Source: Botryllus schlosseri
Taxonomy: Eukaryota
Reading direction: 5' to 3'
Assembly (NCBI GenBank): GCA_051294905.1
Contig: CM119373.1
Span: 3,846,001 to 3,910,000, forward strand
DNA: 64,000 nucleotides
The notes under the pieces were generated by a model, which saw only the letters and a program-made list of their open reading frames with translations, was not told the origin of the DNA and made no database searches. Both the position numbers and the translations under genes were made by a program. Below are positions 40,601 through 51,790 of the stretch, in pieces; the first letter of the stretch is position 1, and each line of letters starts with the position of its first letter.

Positions 40601-41574
40601 TTTTAAAATTATTTCACACCTTTTTGAATAAGCGTTCACTTCACAAAGGATTAGGGTTAGGACGGAAATAAGTGGCAATTTGTTGCTGTTCAAGTTACCG
40701 ACACTGGCGGTTCTGTTAGTCGTTACTTATTAAATCTTACCAGCGAAATCGAGTTCTGTGACAAACTGATTACTAAAATTTCACCGCGTGAGCGATCGGT
40801 ATGGTTATGACACCAAGTCGTGAAAGATGCCTATGTCTGAGGTGTTATCTTGTGGGCGATCGTAGGATTTTACAAATATTTCACACCTTTTTGAAGTGTT
40901 AGTATGTGAACGCGGCTATTGTTGGTATTTGAATCACCGTCTACGCCGGCTCTGTGGTAAACTAATTACCAAAATATTACCAAGCAAGTGATTCCTAGAT
41001 TTAGCAAACTATTTCACACCCTTTTTTGCTAAAAGTACGACATGCCGCCCGCAGTCTCTACCCCAAAGTACGAATCATCGCCGCGTCCATAAGAATAACG
41101 ATATATTATACCGCACTCACCGTAAACGTTGGGATTACTTCAAATTGGTCATATATAATAATTTGGAATGTAAACATTAACTAAGAACCAATCACGTGAT
41201 CAATATACCTGATACATATTCCACACCGTGCGAGAGATGCCTATACCCGAAAGGGCGATTCACGACCGCACCCATAAGAACACATGGCGAGTCACCACAG
41301 ATCCCGTAAGAATACATGACAGGCGAATCACCGCCACCGCCTATAGCAAAAAAGGCGAGTCACGACCACGAGTTTTCACGTCACCGTGCCGCCGCAGCCT
41401 ATACTGAAAAGGGTTATCGTGCGACCCCCGCCATATGACACAATGGCACCGTGCCACCCCCGCCATAAGACATAAGAGTCACCGTGCCACCCCCGGTTTC
41501 TCGGCACCGTGCCACCCCGCCCATAAGAACCCCATGCAAAAAACGTTAGTTCGCGACCGATCACATACACTACT
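28609..41574. mobile_element. 12,966-bp palindromic non-autonomous Polinton/Maverick-like element
   Basis: Ends are AGTAGTGTATGTGATCGG...CCGATCACATACACTACT, flanked by AACACG (28603-8) and AACACA (41575-80). Arms 28609-34966 and 35216-41574 are reverse complements, with mirrored ORFs in the track. Unique spacer 34967-35215. No intact ORF. Confidence 0.8.
33770..34285. repeat. Degenerate 41-42-bp tandem array, about 12 units, in the left arm; mirrored at about 35897-36410
   Basis: Units such as ATTTTCACTTGGAAATCTATCTTTTCCCTGAGCAACAAACC recur head-to-tail. Confidence 0.85.
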
Positions 41575-42518
41575 AACACAAAAGCACGGTTCTTGATTGG
41601 GTAATCGGCTAAGCTTCATTGATTACTGCAACAGCTGACTCGGATTCGGGTGCTTCGCTCTACTAAACTGAAAGTCTGCTGTGCTGAGGTCGAGTATGTT
41701 CCCAGCAAACACAGAACCGTAAAAGAACCCATCGGGATGGTTTCGAAGGGTTATTTTAGGGTTTCGATTTTTATGTTTCAGAGGTATGTTTAATATACGT
41801 AGAAATGAAGATCTTGAGGATCAAATTATTCGGGATGAATTCCAATTTGCTGGTAAGTATTCTGATGTGGGAAGTTATTTGGATCCGCGGTAGATAACGT
41901 TGCGCGTTTATAGAGTGCTATCATCAGTATAAATTCGTGTTACTCACTAACTCAATCGAAAAAGTCAATACGAAGACATCCCGCGCCGTGTTTAAGGACA
42001 GGCATAACTCTGATGAGTTTGGCGAATATTGGCATTGCGAAATCTTGCATTACATCCATTGTGTCGTTCTCGTTCGCGGTGAATATCTGTACACAAATTA
42101 TTATCGATCACTTTTAATTCGCGAGTCAACCTTGTACAAACGACCAATTCACTGTTTTTCTTAAGTTCTAGTTGCTAATTTTGAAATGTGAGTAGTTATA
42201 CTTCTAGTTCTTGTGGATGATTAAAATACTTATAAAGCAACCAGATCTGAACTGGAACTGAATGGTGATACCGATATCTTGTTGTGTGGTGTTATTGCGG
42301 CCATTTCTGTAGCGAAGAGTCATCACTATTGGCAGTGGCACAGTCAGGGGTAGGGCTTTGGGGGTCGAAACGCCTCCCTTCTCAAACCGGTATTCCCGTA
42401 CATTTGAAATATCGATTCTATGTCCAATATTTCCTAGCTAAATTGGCATTTAGTAATTCGTATCATCAGTTGTTGTTAGTTGGTTAGTTGCGGCCTTTTA
42501 ATGGGCGTTAGTTCTATG

Positions 42519-42897
42519 TAGGGTCACCAAAAGTCCTCTTTTAAGAGGATTTGTCCTCTTTTTTGATTTTTTGAAAGTGTCCTCGGATGACGCCTAAATG
42601 TCCTCTTGTTTGGGAATCTGTCCCTTTGTTGAGAATTATGGTTGAATAATGAATATACGTGGATATTGGACGAGATGTAGGAGAAATCAGCGGCCAAGCA
42701 ACGCTACGACGTGATTTCCTAGACTTGAGCCAGAAAAATGCGACCGGGTTTTGAGCCGGAAAGTTGCCCTTTTTTTAGTCAACCGACCAGAAAGTCGTGA
42801 AAAATTCACCATTTTCCCGGATTTTACTCCAGAATTGTAATACTGAAAATTTTGAAAAAGTGTCCTCTTTTCACATTTCCAAAATTTGATAACCCTA
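42519..42897. mobile_element. MITE of the AAAAGAGGAC-motif family (as 49245-49543)
   Basis: Ends TAGGGTCACCA / TGATAACCCTA and repeated GTCCTCTTTT. No clear TSD. Confidence 0.55.
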
Positions 42898-43755
42898 TAT
42901 ATCAGTCAGTGAAGAAATAATTTCCAAAATGTTGTCTTGATTTACTTCAGGACTAGGTATTGGAATGTAGAGGTTCGAAGAAAAATATTGATAAGGTAAA
43001 TGTAAGAGTTTATCATTGCGAACACCGCCATTCCATTTACCTCTGATCTGGAATGATTTTTCGCGAAGTAATTTTGTCCGATATCATTTTCATAGTAGAC
43101 GTTCAACGTTTGTACCCGACTGCCGTCAAATCTGGCTATTTTGAATCCGCCAATCTTCGTAGGATGCATAAATTGAATCTGGCAGAACAGAATATAGTAT
43201 GATAGGCGAATACAGAAATCACATATGTAGATCATATATGAAGTCGAAAAATACTGGTTTCCTCATATAACACCCATGCAGTTAGATCGTAGCATATTTT
43301 GGAAATGTCTTTAGCTATCTCCGTGTATGTCGTTCATTCACACATGGGACGAGCGTAAATGCCGAATTAAGTAGGTTACCAGAAAGCGCCGCTGAATGGA
43401 TTTGCAGACTGTACTATGGTAAAATATGGAAACTCGAACCATTAATTTACACTGCATACATTTGAAGAAACTGCTAGAGGTGCAGCATGTCAATATAAAA
43501 TTGTATAATGCAGTCAGTATATTAATATTAAAAGATTCCCGAATATTTTCAGCTGATATTCGGTTTTATTTCCATATGAATATATTATGCAAGTGTATCA
43601 ACATTGTGAGTTCGGTCTTTTCATACAGTTACATCAGGATGAAACCAGCGAAGTCTGAATAATGAGCAGGCAGCGACATTACCTCGAGATAGTTGCCATC
43701 GTTAGTAGCACACCACGCAGAACTGTTGACCAGTCGGGACTGTGATGGTGTACAT

Positions 43756-45849
43756 CAGTGATTCCCAAGCGCGGCCCTGAGGGCCGCATGCGGCCCCCAG
43801 ATAGCCTTCTTGCGGCCCCCAAAATATATTAAGAAATCGATTTATGACAAAAAATAAAATTTATATTTATAAAATACTCTTTCTTGACTTGGACTCTGTA
43901 GTTTTTAATTATAGAATTTCAGGAAAGTTGTGAGTATAGACTGCTAGCATTACGTCACTGCTGTTTCAATGCAATGTGCCCTAACTTTCCAGTTGAACAA
44001 GCAGTAGCTATAGATATAAAAAGGTATTGATAACTTTCAAAACCGGTGGAAAATCCTGAAAAAATGGTAAATTTTTCCCACTTCGTGGTCGCTTGACTAA
44101 AAAAAGAAAAGAGGCCCAACTCCCGGAGAATACAGTTTTTCTTTCACATTAACAGGTGGTTGACTGAAAAAAAAGGTCAACTTTCCGGTCCAGCTCCGGA
44201 AATAGTCCCCGTAGCGTTCCTACAGTGCTGATTTAATATATATCAGTCGAATTTAGCCCTATTTGCAACCAAAATCCTTAAAAATAAGACATTTGGTCGT
44301 CCTCCAAGGAAAGTTTTAAAAAAAATCAAAAAAAGAGGAAAAATCAAATTAAAAGGGGACGGCTCACGGCTGAATACGCCGAGATGCATACTGCTTCGCC
44401 GGCTGAAAGCAGCACAATTGGTGGTCCTATAGTCAGGACCGTAACTGCCGCAGCTCAAACCCCCCAATTGAGGGGGGCCGAGCTGGAAGGGGACCAAAAA
44501 TTATTTCGTGAATTAACATAACTTATAGAGTATTTTTTGACAATTTATGCAACTTTTTCAAAAAATTTTCGCGCGGGGTGCGATTTCAATTCGCTACATA
44601 TCTTCATTATTGGGTACTCTTCCCCAAGAAAAAATACGCAAGATTTATAGAAATTGGCATATCAGCGTTGGCCATGACCGCACCACAACGCATCAAGACA
44701 TAAAGTTTTAAGCCATATAACATGTGACTCCAAGAAGTGTTTCAGAACGATCGGCTGCGAGAAAGCCATGGCCGTAAAGGACTGCATTCATGCTGACCAA
44801 AAACTTCGAAATACGAAAGACTTCGTTATATATATACAAAATACATGAAAGCCATGGCCGTAAAGGACTGCATTCATGCTGACCAAAAACTTCGAAATAC
44901 GAAAGACTTCGTTATATATATACAAAATACATATAGGTTTAATTGTCCATAAAGGCGCCTAAATGACTGGCGCCGAATGTTCTTGTCTTGGCAATCTGAA
45001 CCTCACAAGACAAATACCATCCTGCAGGAAAGAAAATTATATGCCAGTGAAGAAATACCAATCTGAAATCGTGTGATCTTTCAGTTTAGTAGGTTTGGGC
45101 AATTCTACATTTTTTGATATAGCAGACAGGAGGTCACGAAATAACATCATGTAAAGAAGTCATACCTAGGGGTTTACCCGCCGAAGATGTTTAATTTTAC
45201 GGGCTTTGCAGTTTCAAAGACACCTCTCACTCAGCTCTACCGGTAAATCTGATTACGTGGGCAAAGAGGACATCCATTCAATTCCCGATCTTATTCACCG
45301 ATTTTACCATGAATTATCGAAATATTCGCGCGTCGCGCTGTCTCACTAAACAGTACAACTTTAATTTCGTGGCAAAAGCGAACAACGTGATGCGGGGTCG
45401 ATCAGTTTATCCCCCTATGGGAGCCCGGGGTCTTGAAGAAGTGCTGCTACGTTCCTGCCAACGGGTATACCCCGGAGATGTTTTATTACTATTGAGGGGG
45501 CCTATACCTTTTCAAACACACCTCACTCAGCTCTACCGGTACATCAGATTACGTGAACAGAGACAGGATGAAAATTGATAGTAATACATGACCGATTCAG
45601 TCATGAAACTAAATACATTTCTCGCGCTTCGCGCGTTTAGGCGAGAAAAGCTGATTCACTCAACGGACACCCAATGCAGCAGCGGTAAACAGTGTACAGT
45701 TTTGAAATCTCGCCAGGGCAATAAAACTACTCCGAAATAGCCATGATGACTGTTTGGGTCGGTTTCATAGCCGTAGTATTCGTGCGGCCCCGACCGCACT
45801 CTGAAATTCTAAATTTGGCCCTCACAACGAAAAAGTTTGGGAACCACTG
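43756..45849. mobile_element. hAT-type MITE inserted in a discoidin exon
   Basis: TIR CAGTGATTCCCAA / TTGGGAACCACTG; TSD GTGTACAT/GTGTAGAT. Confidence 0.8.
44761..44932. repeat. Perfect 86-bp tandem duplication
   Basis: GAAAGCCATGGCC...CAAAATACAT occurs twice. Confidence 0.9.
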
Positions 45850-46844
45850 GTGTAGATGGCGGATGAGACGAGTCTATTGGTTCCGAGCGAACATCGTCAG
45901 TAATCAGGTACCCTCCGCATTCTGTTATAAAATAGTCGCACACATGAAATTAAGACAGAAGGAATTGTTGATATAGCGGGAGCACTAACACGAGTTTGAA
46001 CCTCGTATAAATCAAACTGCAGCGAGCATATATTGTTGAATTAACCTCATGATTTTATACGATACGCCGTATTATATTTAGATCATACGAGGTGCTATGT
46101 TATCAGTTTTACCGTTCTATTGCATATGCTGCATTGGTAGCTATATAATCTATCGCTTCAAGCAATGGGAATAAGATTCTAGTAAGGAACAGCGATAAAC
46201 ATTTTACGATCCTTCCAACCCGCGTTGTTAAACTAACCATCACAAGGAATTTTACTCTCATATTATACAGTAGTTGTGCACCCTACATATTCATATATAT
46301 CTCAACTATCCAGTATCCTTCACTGCAAATAGAACGCGTAACCTCTTCTGTGTAGTATCTCAAGAAAGAGTATACACGGAATAATAAACCGACTGCGTAC
46401 CAGAAAGGAGATATAAAATTGGGAGACACATTTTAGACATAGCTGTTCAAAGTATCGTTAGCATTGCTAGTGTTGTAGATTAAGAAGTAATGGTCTAATT
46501 TTCTTAATTACAGGTTGAAGTAACGATTTGTAAGGCATTCCAAAGCTAATTCATATAGAAGTAATGAATAAAAGGTCTGAGAAGTACTCAAGTAAGTAAA
46601 TTTGAAAAGTAGATTATGACAAGACGTCGCATACTTTTAATAGCAAATCGGATGTGGGTTATCTTCGAGATTGCAGGATGTATCTTCGCGACAGCGTACA
46701 CTCGGCAATTTTCGAAAATATAATCTGCCACCATGATACAGCAGTAAATATGGTATTTTCACTCACAAAAGTGTTACAAATAAATCCCCAAACCACATTT
46801 TGCTTTACGGAGCGGAAACAGGAAATAGTTTTGCGTCAGAAAGT

Positions 46845-47348
46845 GTTGAAGAGCTTCTTGGAGGTACAGAACTTCAATATGCAATTTAACAGTCTATTCA
46901 TATTGAAATGAACCCGAATACTTTCGAGTGACCCTCGTCAGCGGGGATTGTCCGCAATTAGTAGAGAATTGGACAGAACATTGCATATCAACAATCGTCT
47001 CATACAATATGACGTCACCGGCATGGAATTTCGAATAATCGGGGGATGAGATCGCTTAAGCTCAATGTACTATTTTTTAGATGGTGCAGGAAGTCCTTCA
47101 GTAGGCACATACTGGGTTGGGGTATTTTGATAGAAGTCGCCTCCAAGAAAGACGCCAACCAAGTCTAAAAATAGTATATTGAGCTGAAGTGCTCATCGCC
47201 CCGATTATTCGGAATTTCATGCCGGTGACGTCATATTTTTGATCCGATTGTTGATATATAATGTTCTTTCCAATTCTATACTAGTTGCTGACAATTACTC
47301 CTGGCGAGCGTCAACCGATAATATTCGGGTTCATTCCAATATGAATAT
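46845..47348. mobile_element. Inverted pair of Penelope-like terminal repeats with hammerhead-like motifs
   Basis: About 46895-47085 and 47160-47348 are inverted copies, homologous to 7835-7997 and 8972-9150. Confidence 0.6.
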
Positions 47349-47493
47349 ATTATTCAAAAGGTGCTGAGTAGGCTACTACAGTGGAAGAATAGCCTGAAAT
47401 CATCTACCACCCGAGTAAATCGTGCAAATTGGCTTGAATTAAGTACTACGGACATGTAATAGTATTTTGGTACCAACCACCTCTCATTTGACA

Positions 47494-48167
47494 CAGTCGA
47501 CCCCGTTTAATTCGGACACCGGATAACCGTGACGACCGCTTTATCTGGATAAAATGCTTAGGAACGCAACAAAAGCAATAATTGCACGTAAAAATCTACG
47601 GTTAATTCAAACACAGGCTCGCAATTCTTATCGTTAGGTTATTGCACAATAAACAGTACTTCGTTCGTTTTAATACAATATGAGTGGTTATAGTGAAACA
47701 AAGGCTATCCATGCAGCAACGATCGACAATGAACTCATACAAAGCCGTTCCAGATTCATTTTAATTGGATACAATTGCGTGCATCTTTTAGAACAGATTG
47801 GTACCGTAAAGTTTAGCAGAAAAATTGAAATTGCCCACCACGGTTAAGAAGTTGCCTTGACTGTTCGGAAGTTGGTTGCGTTGGTGGCGAATTCATAAAG
47901 GATTTGAACTCTAATACCGTATACGGTATTTGTTAAATGATTTGAGATCTAAAATACTGCACCGCACAACTAACCTCAAGGGAAAACTAAAGTACGTGCG
48001 CATTTAATTCGATGCGCGTCAATTAATGCAGTATAGTGTAGCTGCAGTACCGTAATTTGAATACCTCGTTTGCCTCTACGCACGACCATGAAGCGCACAG
48101 TTTATTTACCGCTTAACTCTTTCAAAAGTGAGAAAACCAAATTGTTTGAATTCAGCAGAGTCGACTG
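47494..48167. mobile_element. Tc1/mariner-pogo-like MITE
   Basis: Ends CAGTCGAC.C.G.TTAATTC / GAATTCAGCAGAGTCGACTG; TA on the right flank, CA on the left. Confidence 0.55.
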
Positions 48168-48634
48168 TAAATATGTTTGAATCGTTGTTCACTGCGAATG
48201 GCAAATAGAATGCGGGCGGGATTTAGGTGGATAATATCGTAGCTGGATTCATGCAATCCTATGGACAGGTTATGATATTACTGTGGCAACTGTTGACGTC
48301 GCTCAGCGAATACTCCTGATCCGGGTCGTTGAGAATATCCATGCAGATATCGCAACGGGACAGTCTGCAAGACGCGAGAAGCAGTCCAAGCACTATAAAA
48401 TGAAATGCAGCTGTAATGGAACTCCTAGACTCATCACAGTTTATTATGAGCATGCTATGTTAATAGCTAAGTAGAGCAGAATAGTTTTAAAATTCCTATC
48501 AATCATATTGTATATATAGAGGTGATAGTTTAGGCGTCCTTGCGTCGCTTCGATTCCTACCTGGCGACAGTGTCGAGATTTTGGTATGTTCAATCATATC
48601 ACAATCAATCGATGGATGAATGGACAGAAGAATT

Positions 48635-48810
48635 GAACGAGAGACCAACCAACCAAAATACATAACAACATACGGCAGTGATGGTGGTACAGAAAAGATG
48701 CAATTATGCATGCACAGTATTCGGTTTTAGATAGGAATGATCGATACGACCTTCAGGGTCAACTAGTCTGGTCACACCCGCATCGAACAGGTACATTTGA
48801 CTCTATACAA
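48635..48810 (-). mobile_element. Short 3' fragment of the LINE family at 59227-60063
   Basis: Reverse complement matches 59895-60030 (CAGACTAG.TGACCCT...TATCGATCATTCCTATCTAA). Confidence 0.75.
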
Positions 48811-49244
48811 TCTGGCTGTAAAAATGTTAGTAAAAAAAAGAATAAGTAAACGATGGCAGCAAATGATCAATGAAGCCATGTTTGGGCGAGGTAGGGCAAC
48901 AGTGATTAAATGCCTGGGCCGTACCACTGGCGTAGCAGCATGTGCTGCCGCCCCTGGCTCATGCTTAAAATGCCGCCTCCTAAGTAGACCGCAGCAAATT
49001 TGGACATAGATTCATGTTCAAACAATCTTGTCAATAAAAATAATTACAAATAATATGCCGCGTCTCAGCCTCGCCGTCTCAACGTTAATAAGGCCAAAAA
49101 TAATAAAGACAAGAAATTGCGAACGAATGTATTGTGAAAATAGAAAATCAATAGCCGCCTCAAAGCAAAATCAGCGATAATATCCTCAAATTCACGTTTT
49201 TAAACGTAGTCTCTTTCTATAGACAGAATGCATAGAGATGATAG

Positions 49245-49543
49245 TAGGTTTACCATATTTTGAAAATGTAAAAAGAGTATGACACTTTTTCAGAAATTTG
49301 CAAGATGCAAAACCGGAGTAGAATTCGCTCAGAGCTAAATTCACCGTTTTTCACTCCGAAATATCCGCCGGAGCGTCACTTCTGTGCTAATTTGCGGCAT
49401 ATCACTCGCAATTTGCTCTAAATTTGACCTAAATTTTCAAAAAAGAGGACAAAATCTCAAAAAAGAGGACAGAAGGGCGTCCTCCGAGGACACTTTCAAA
49501 AAAGTCAAAAAAGAGGACAAATCCTCGACGTATGGTAAGCCTA
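49245..49543. mobile_element. hAT MITE in the transposase C-terminus
   Basis: TIR TAGGTTTACCATA / TATGGTAAGCCTA; perfect TSD GATGATAG. Confidence 0.88.
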
Positions 49544-50112
49544 GATGATAGCCGATCATCATTCATGGTAGAACGTAAATTAGACTTAATCAGTTTGAGC
49601 TTTGAGAAGCTCCTCACACAGCTCGCAATTGAAACACCAATGGTCAGATAAATTTTCAGGCACGAGCATAAACATGGTGTCGAATCAAGTAGCTTTGCAT
49701 TAACTAACCACTGTAAAACATCAAACGCTGTTGCACTACGGTCAACGCGGTTTTACTGCTTCGCATCAGCCTCTTAACTCTTTTAAAATCTCAAGTTGAA
49801 CAACTTCAGGTGATCATATCTTAATTTGTTTTCGTCCTAGAGGCCCTCATATTGGTTTGTACGAAAAGCTAGCAATCTTCTGATTTATATGATCCTTAAT
49901 TCGAAGGTATAAGGCATGACAATATTCGCAGATAACTCCAAAAAGTCCAGCTTGTCGTCATAAGTGCTTCTAAAAGCGCTGGTGAATAAATTGTGACTTT
50001 CGCTTTGCAGCAGCGCGCGGGAATTCAAAAATCGAAACGTATTATTTAGGTGGTTTATGCCGGTAAACCTAGTTTCAGCTTCAAGTTTTAATCTGTCATG
50101 CATCGTCTAACT

Positions 50113-51310
50113 CAGGGGTGGGCAAACTACGGCCCGCGGGCCGCATGCGGCCCGCGAAAGTCTAAAGAAACTTATTAAAAATATTGATAAATCCGTACTA
50201 AAAATCGAACTAATGCAGGGACTTGATTCAATTTTTTAGCATATTTCACCATGATATTTTTAAGCAAGTGGTTCTCAAACTGCATGGGGGGCGCGCCCAC
50301 CTTGCGGGCGTGGAAGCATCTGAAGAAAGGCGCGAAGCTGAGATCAACCGAATATGTTTTTCGCGCTCTGCGCGATTTACTTCAAATTCACATTTGTTGC
50401 TCTGTATTTATAGTCTGAATTTCATATTTAAAAATCTCTCATCCACAGTCGTAGCCTTCCATGCCATCAAACTATCCGCTAGGTTTGCTAGCATCCTGGT
50501 TGCCTTTTGTGATATGACGATAAATGGGATGCGATATCTTCCACCATCATAAGGGGGGGGGGGGGGGTGTCTTGCAAAGTTTGAGAACCACTGTTTTAGG
50601 TTAAACACTTCCTATATTATTTTTTATGTTTAATGTCTGGCGCGACAGCCCGATTTTAAAGCTAACGCAGTTTCAAAGGTCTCAACTGCTAAAATAACAG
50701 AAATCCTAAACGAGATTGACGTAATTCGGATCCGGAGTGTGATTTCAGATTGGTCACTCCAGTTTTAATTTTTTCATTGATGTGCTGGTTATAAAAAACG
50801 ATTCGAGCTTGTCTTAGGTAAATTCGTTCTCTGTATGCCGAGAATGAGGGTATTAAATATTTTATCTGCACACAGTAGAATCGTGTTTGAAGCTAACATG
50901 CTTATGATGGCGTCAGCATCGTGTGTCCTGGAACTGAACCAAAAGTGGAATTAGCAAATCTATGAACAGATCACTGCTGACAGATTTAAATTTCAATCCT
51001 GTTCTAAGAATCGGGACCGCGACTTTCATCTCTGTAGTTTTGACAAATTTGGTTATTGTGGTCGACCAGCCTATAAAATCTCGCCACTGTTTCTGGCGCA
51101 TTTACGATATCATCAAAGCAATGCTTGCTTTATTTCAAATAAGCATCTCCATGTCCTCACTAATCATTCAAATATGCATCTCCATGTCCTCACTATAATC
51201 AAATACCAACATTGCGTTTTGGTTTATAATCCCAATTTTATATAGTGCGGCCCGCGAATGGATTTAAATGTTGAATGCGGCCCGCGAGCTCAAAAGCTTG
51301 CCCATCCCTG
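50113..51310. mobile_element. Composite hAT MITE containing an inner MITE at about 50265-50593
   Basis: TIR CAGGGGTGGGCAA / TTGCCCATCCCTG; perfect TSD GTCTAACT; inverted sister copy at 61693-62716. Confidence 0.9.
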
Positions 51311-51559
51311 GTCTAACTTCTTCAACAACACTGAGGCCAGCGTTTTCTGAATAGTTCGCCACGCATTCTCCTTTTTCTGCGAACTCTTCGAACAATCGGC
51401 CTTGACGGCTATTTCGGAGTGGTTCCCATCACCATGTTAACATATTATTCGTGTTTTTGGAATCAGCGCGACACTAGATTTCGATTGAGACCTGTTGCAC
51501 AGGACGCCAGCTATAGGACTACCAAGTGCGCTTCTTTTAGCCGGCTGTGTACACTGTGC

Positions 51560-51790
51560 CTAGCGAGATAGTGTAATGGTGATGCGTCCGGCTTCTTGAT
51601 CGGTAGGTCGTGGGTCAGACCAAAGATTAGAAAACTGGTATCCGCGGTTACCCGCTAGGCGCTCAGCAATCACAAAGGAGCAAAAACGTGGTGCAGACTA
51701 GATGACCTTACTATAAAGTCCGTATCGCATCTCCATCGTCAAAGCATCTCGATGGTGCAGGCGAAAAAGGACACCATATCTCTCTCTCTC
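51560..51790 (+). mobile_element. tRNA-derived SINE with LINE-like tail and (TC)n end
   Basis: Same head and core as 3600-3907, with the B box deleted between GGGT microhomologies. Tail contains CAGACTAGATGACC; flanked by CACTGTGC direct repeats. Confidence 0.8.

Larger units (their letters stand above)
28147..41645. mobile_element. hAT-type MITE relic related to 307-1817, split by the Polinton-like insertion (pieces about 28147-28608 and 41581-41645)
   Basis: Begins TAGGGCTGTTCAAAATTTGGAAAATC. The sequences flanking the palindrome join into a continuous reverse-complement match to about 1562-1755. Confidence 0.65.
41948..48410 (-). pseudogene. Disabled F5/8 type C (discoidin) domain gene
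   Basis: Exons: 48410-48282 (hydrophobic signal-like, tentative); 45921-45850 + 43747-43683 (CGGYL...PSQSRLVNSSAWCATNDGNYLE, split by a MITE); 43178-43041 (IQFMHPTKIGGFKI...VQTLNVYY); 42086-41948 (IFTANEND...FAMPIFAKLIRVMP...CLRIDFFD*). GT-AG boundaries and phases fit. In-frame TGA at 41954-41952. Confidence 0.7.

Noticed and set aside
28609..41574. Palindrome as an assembly fold-back artefact
   Set aside because: The arms differ by many substitutions, there is a unique spacer and a TSD, and the flanks rejoin colinearly. Only reads can fully exclude it.
41952..41954. TGA as selenocysteine
   Set aside because: No SECIS element was identified and the gene has an independent disabling insertion.
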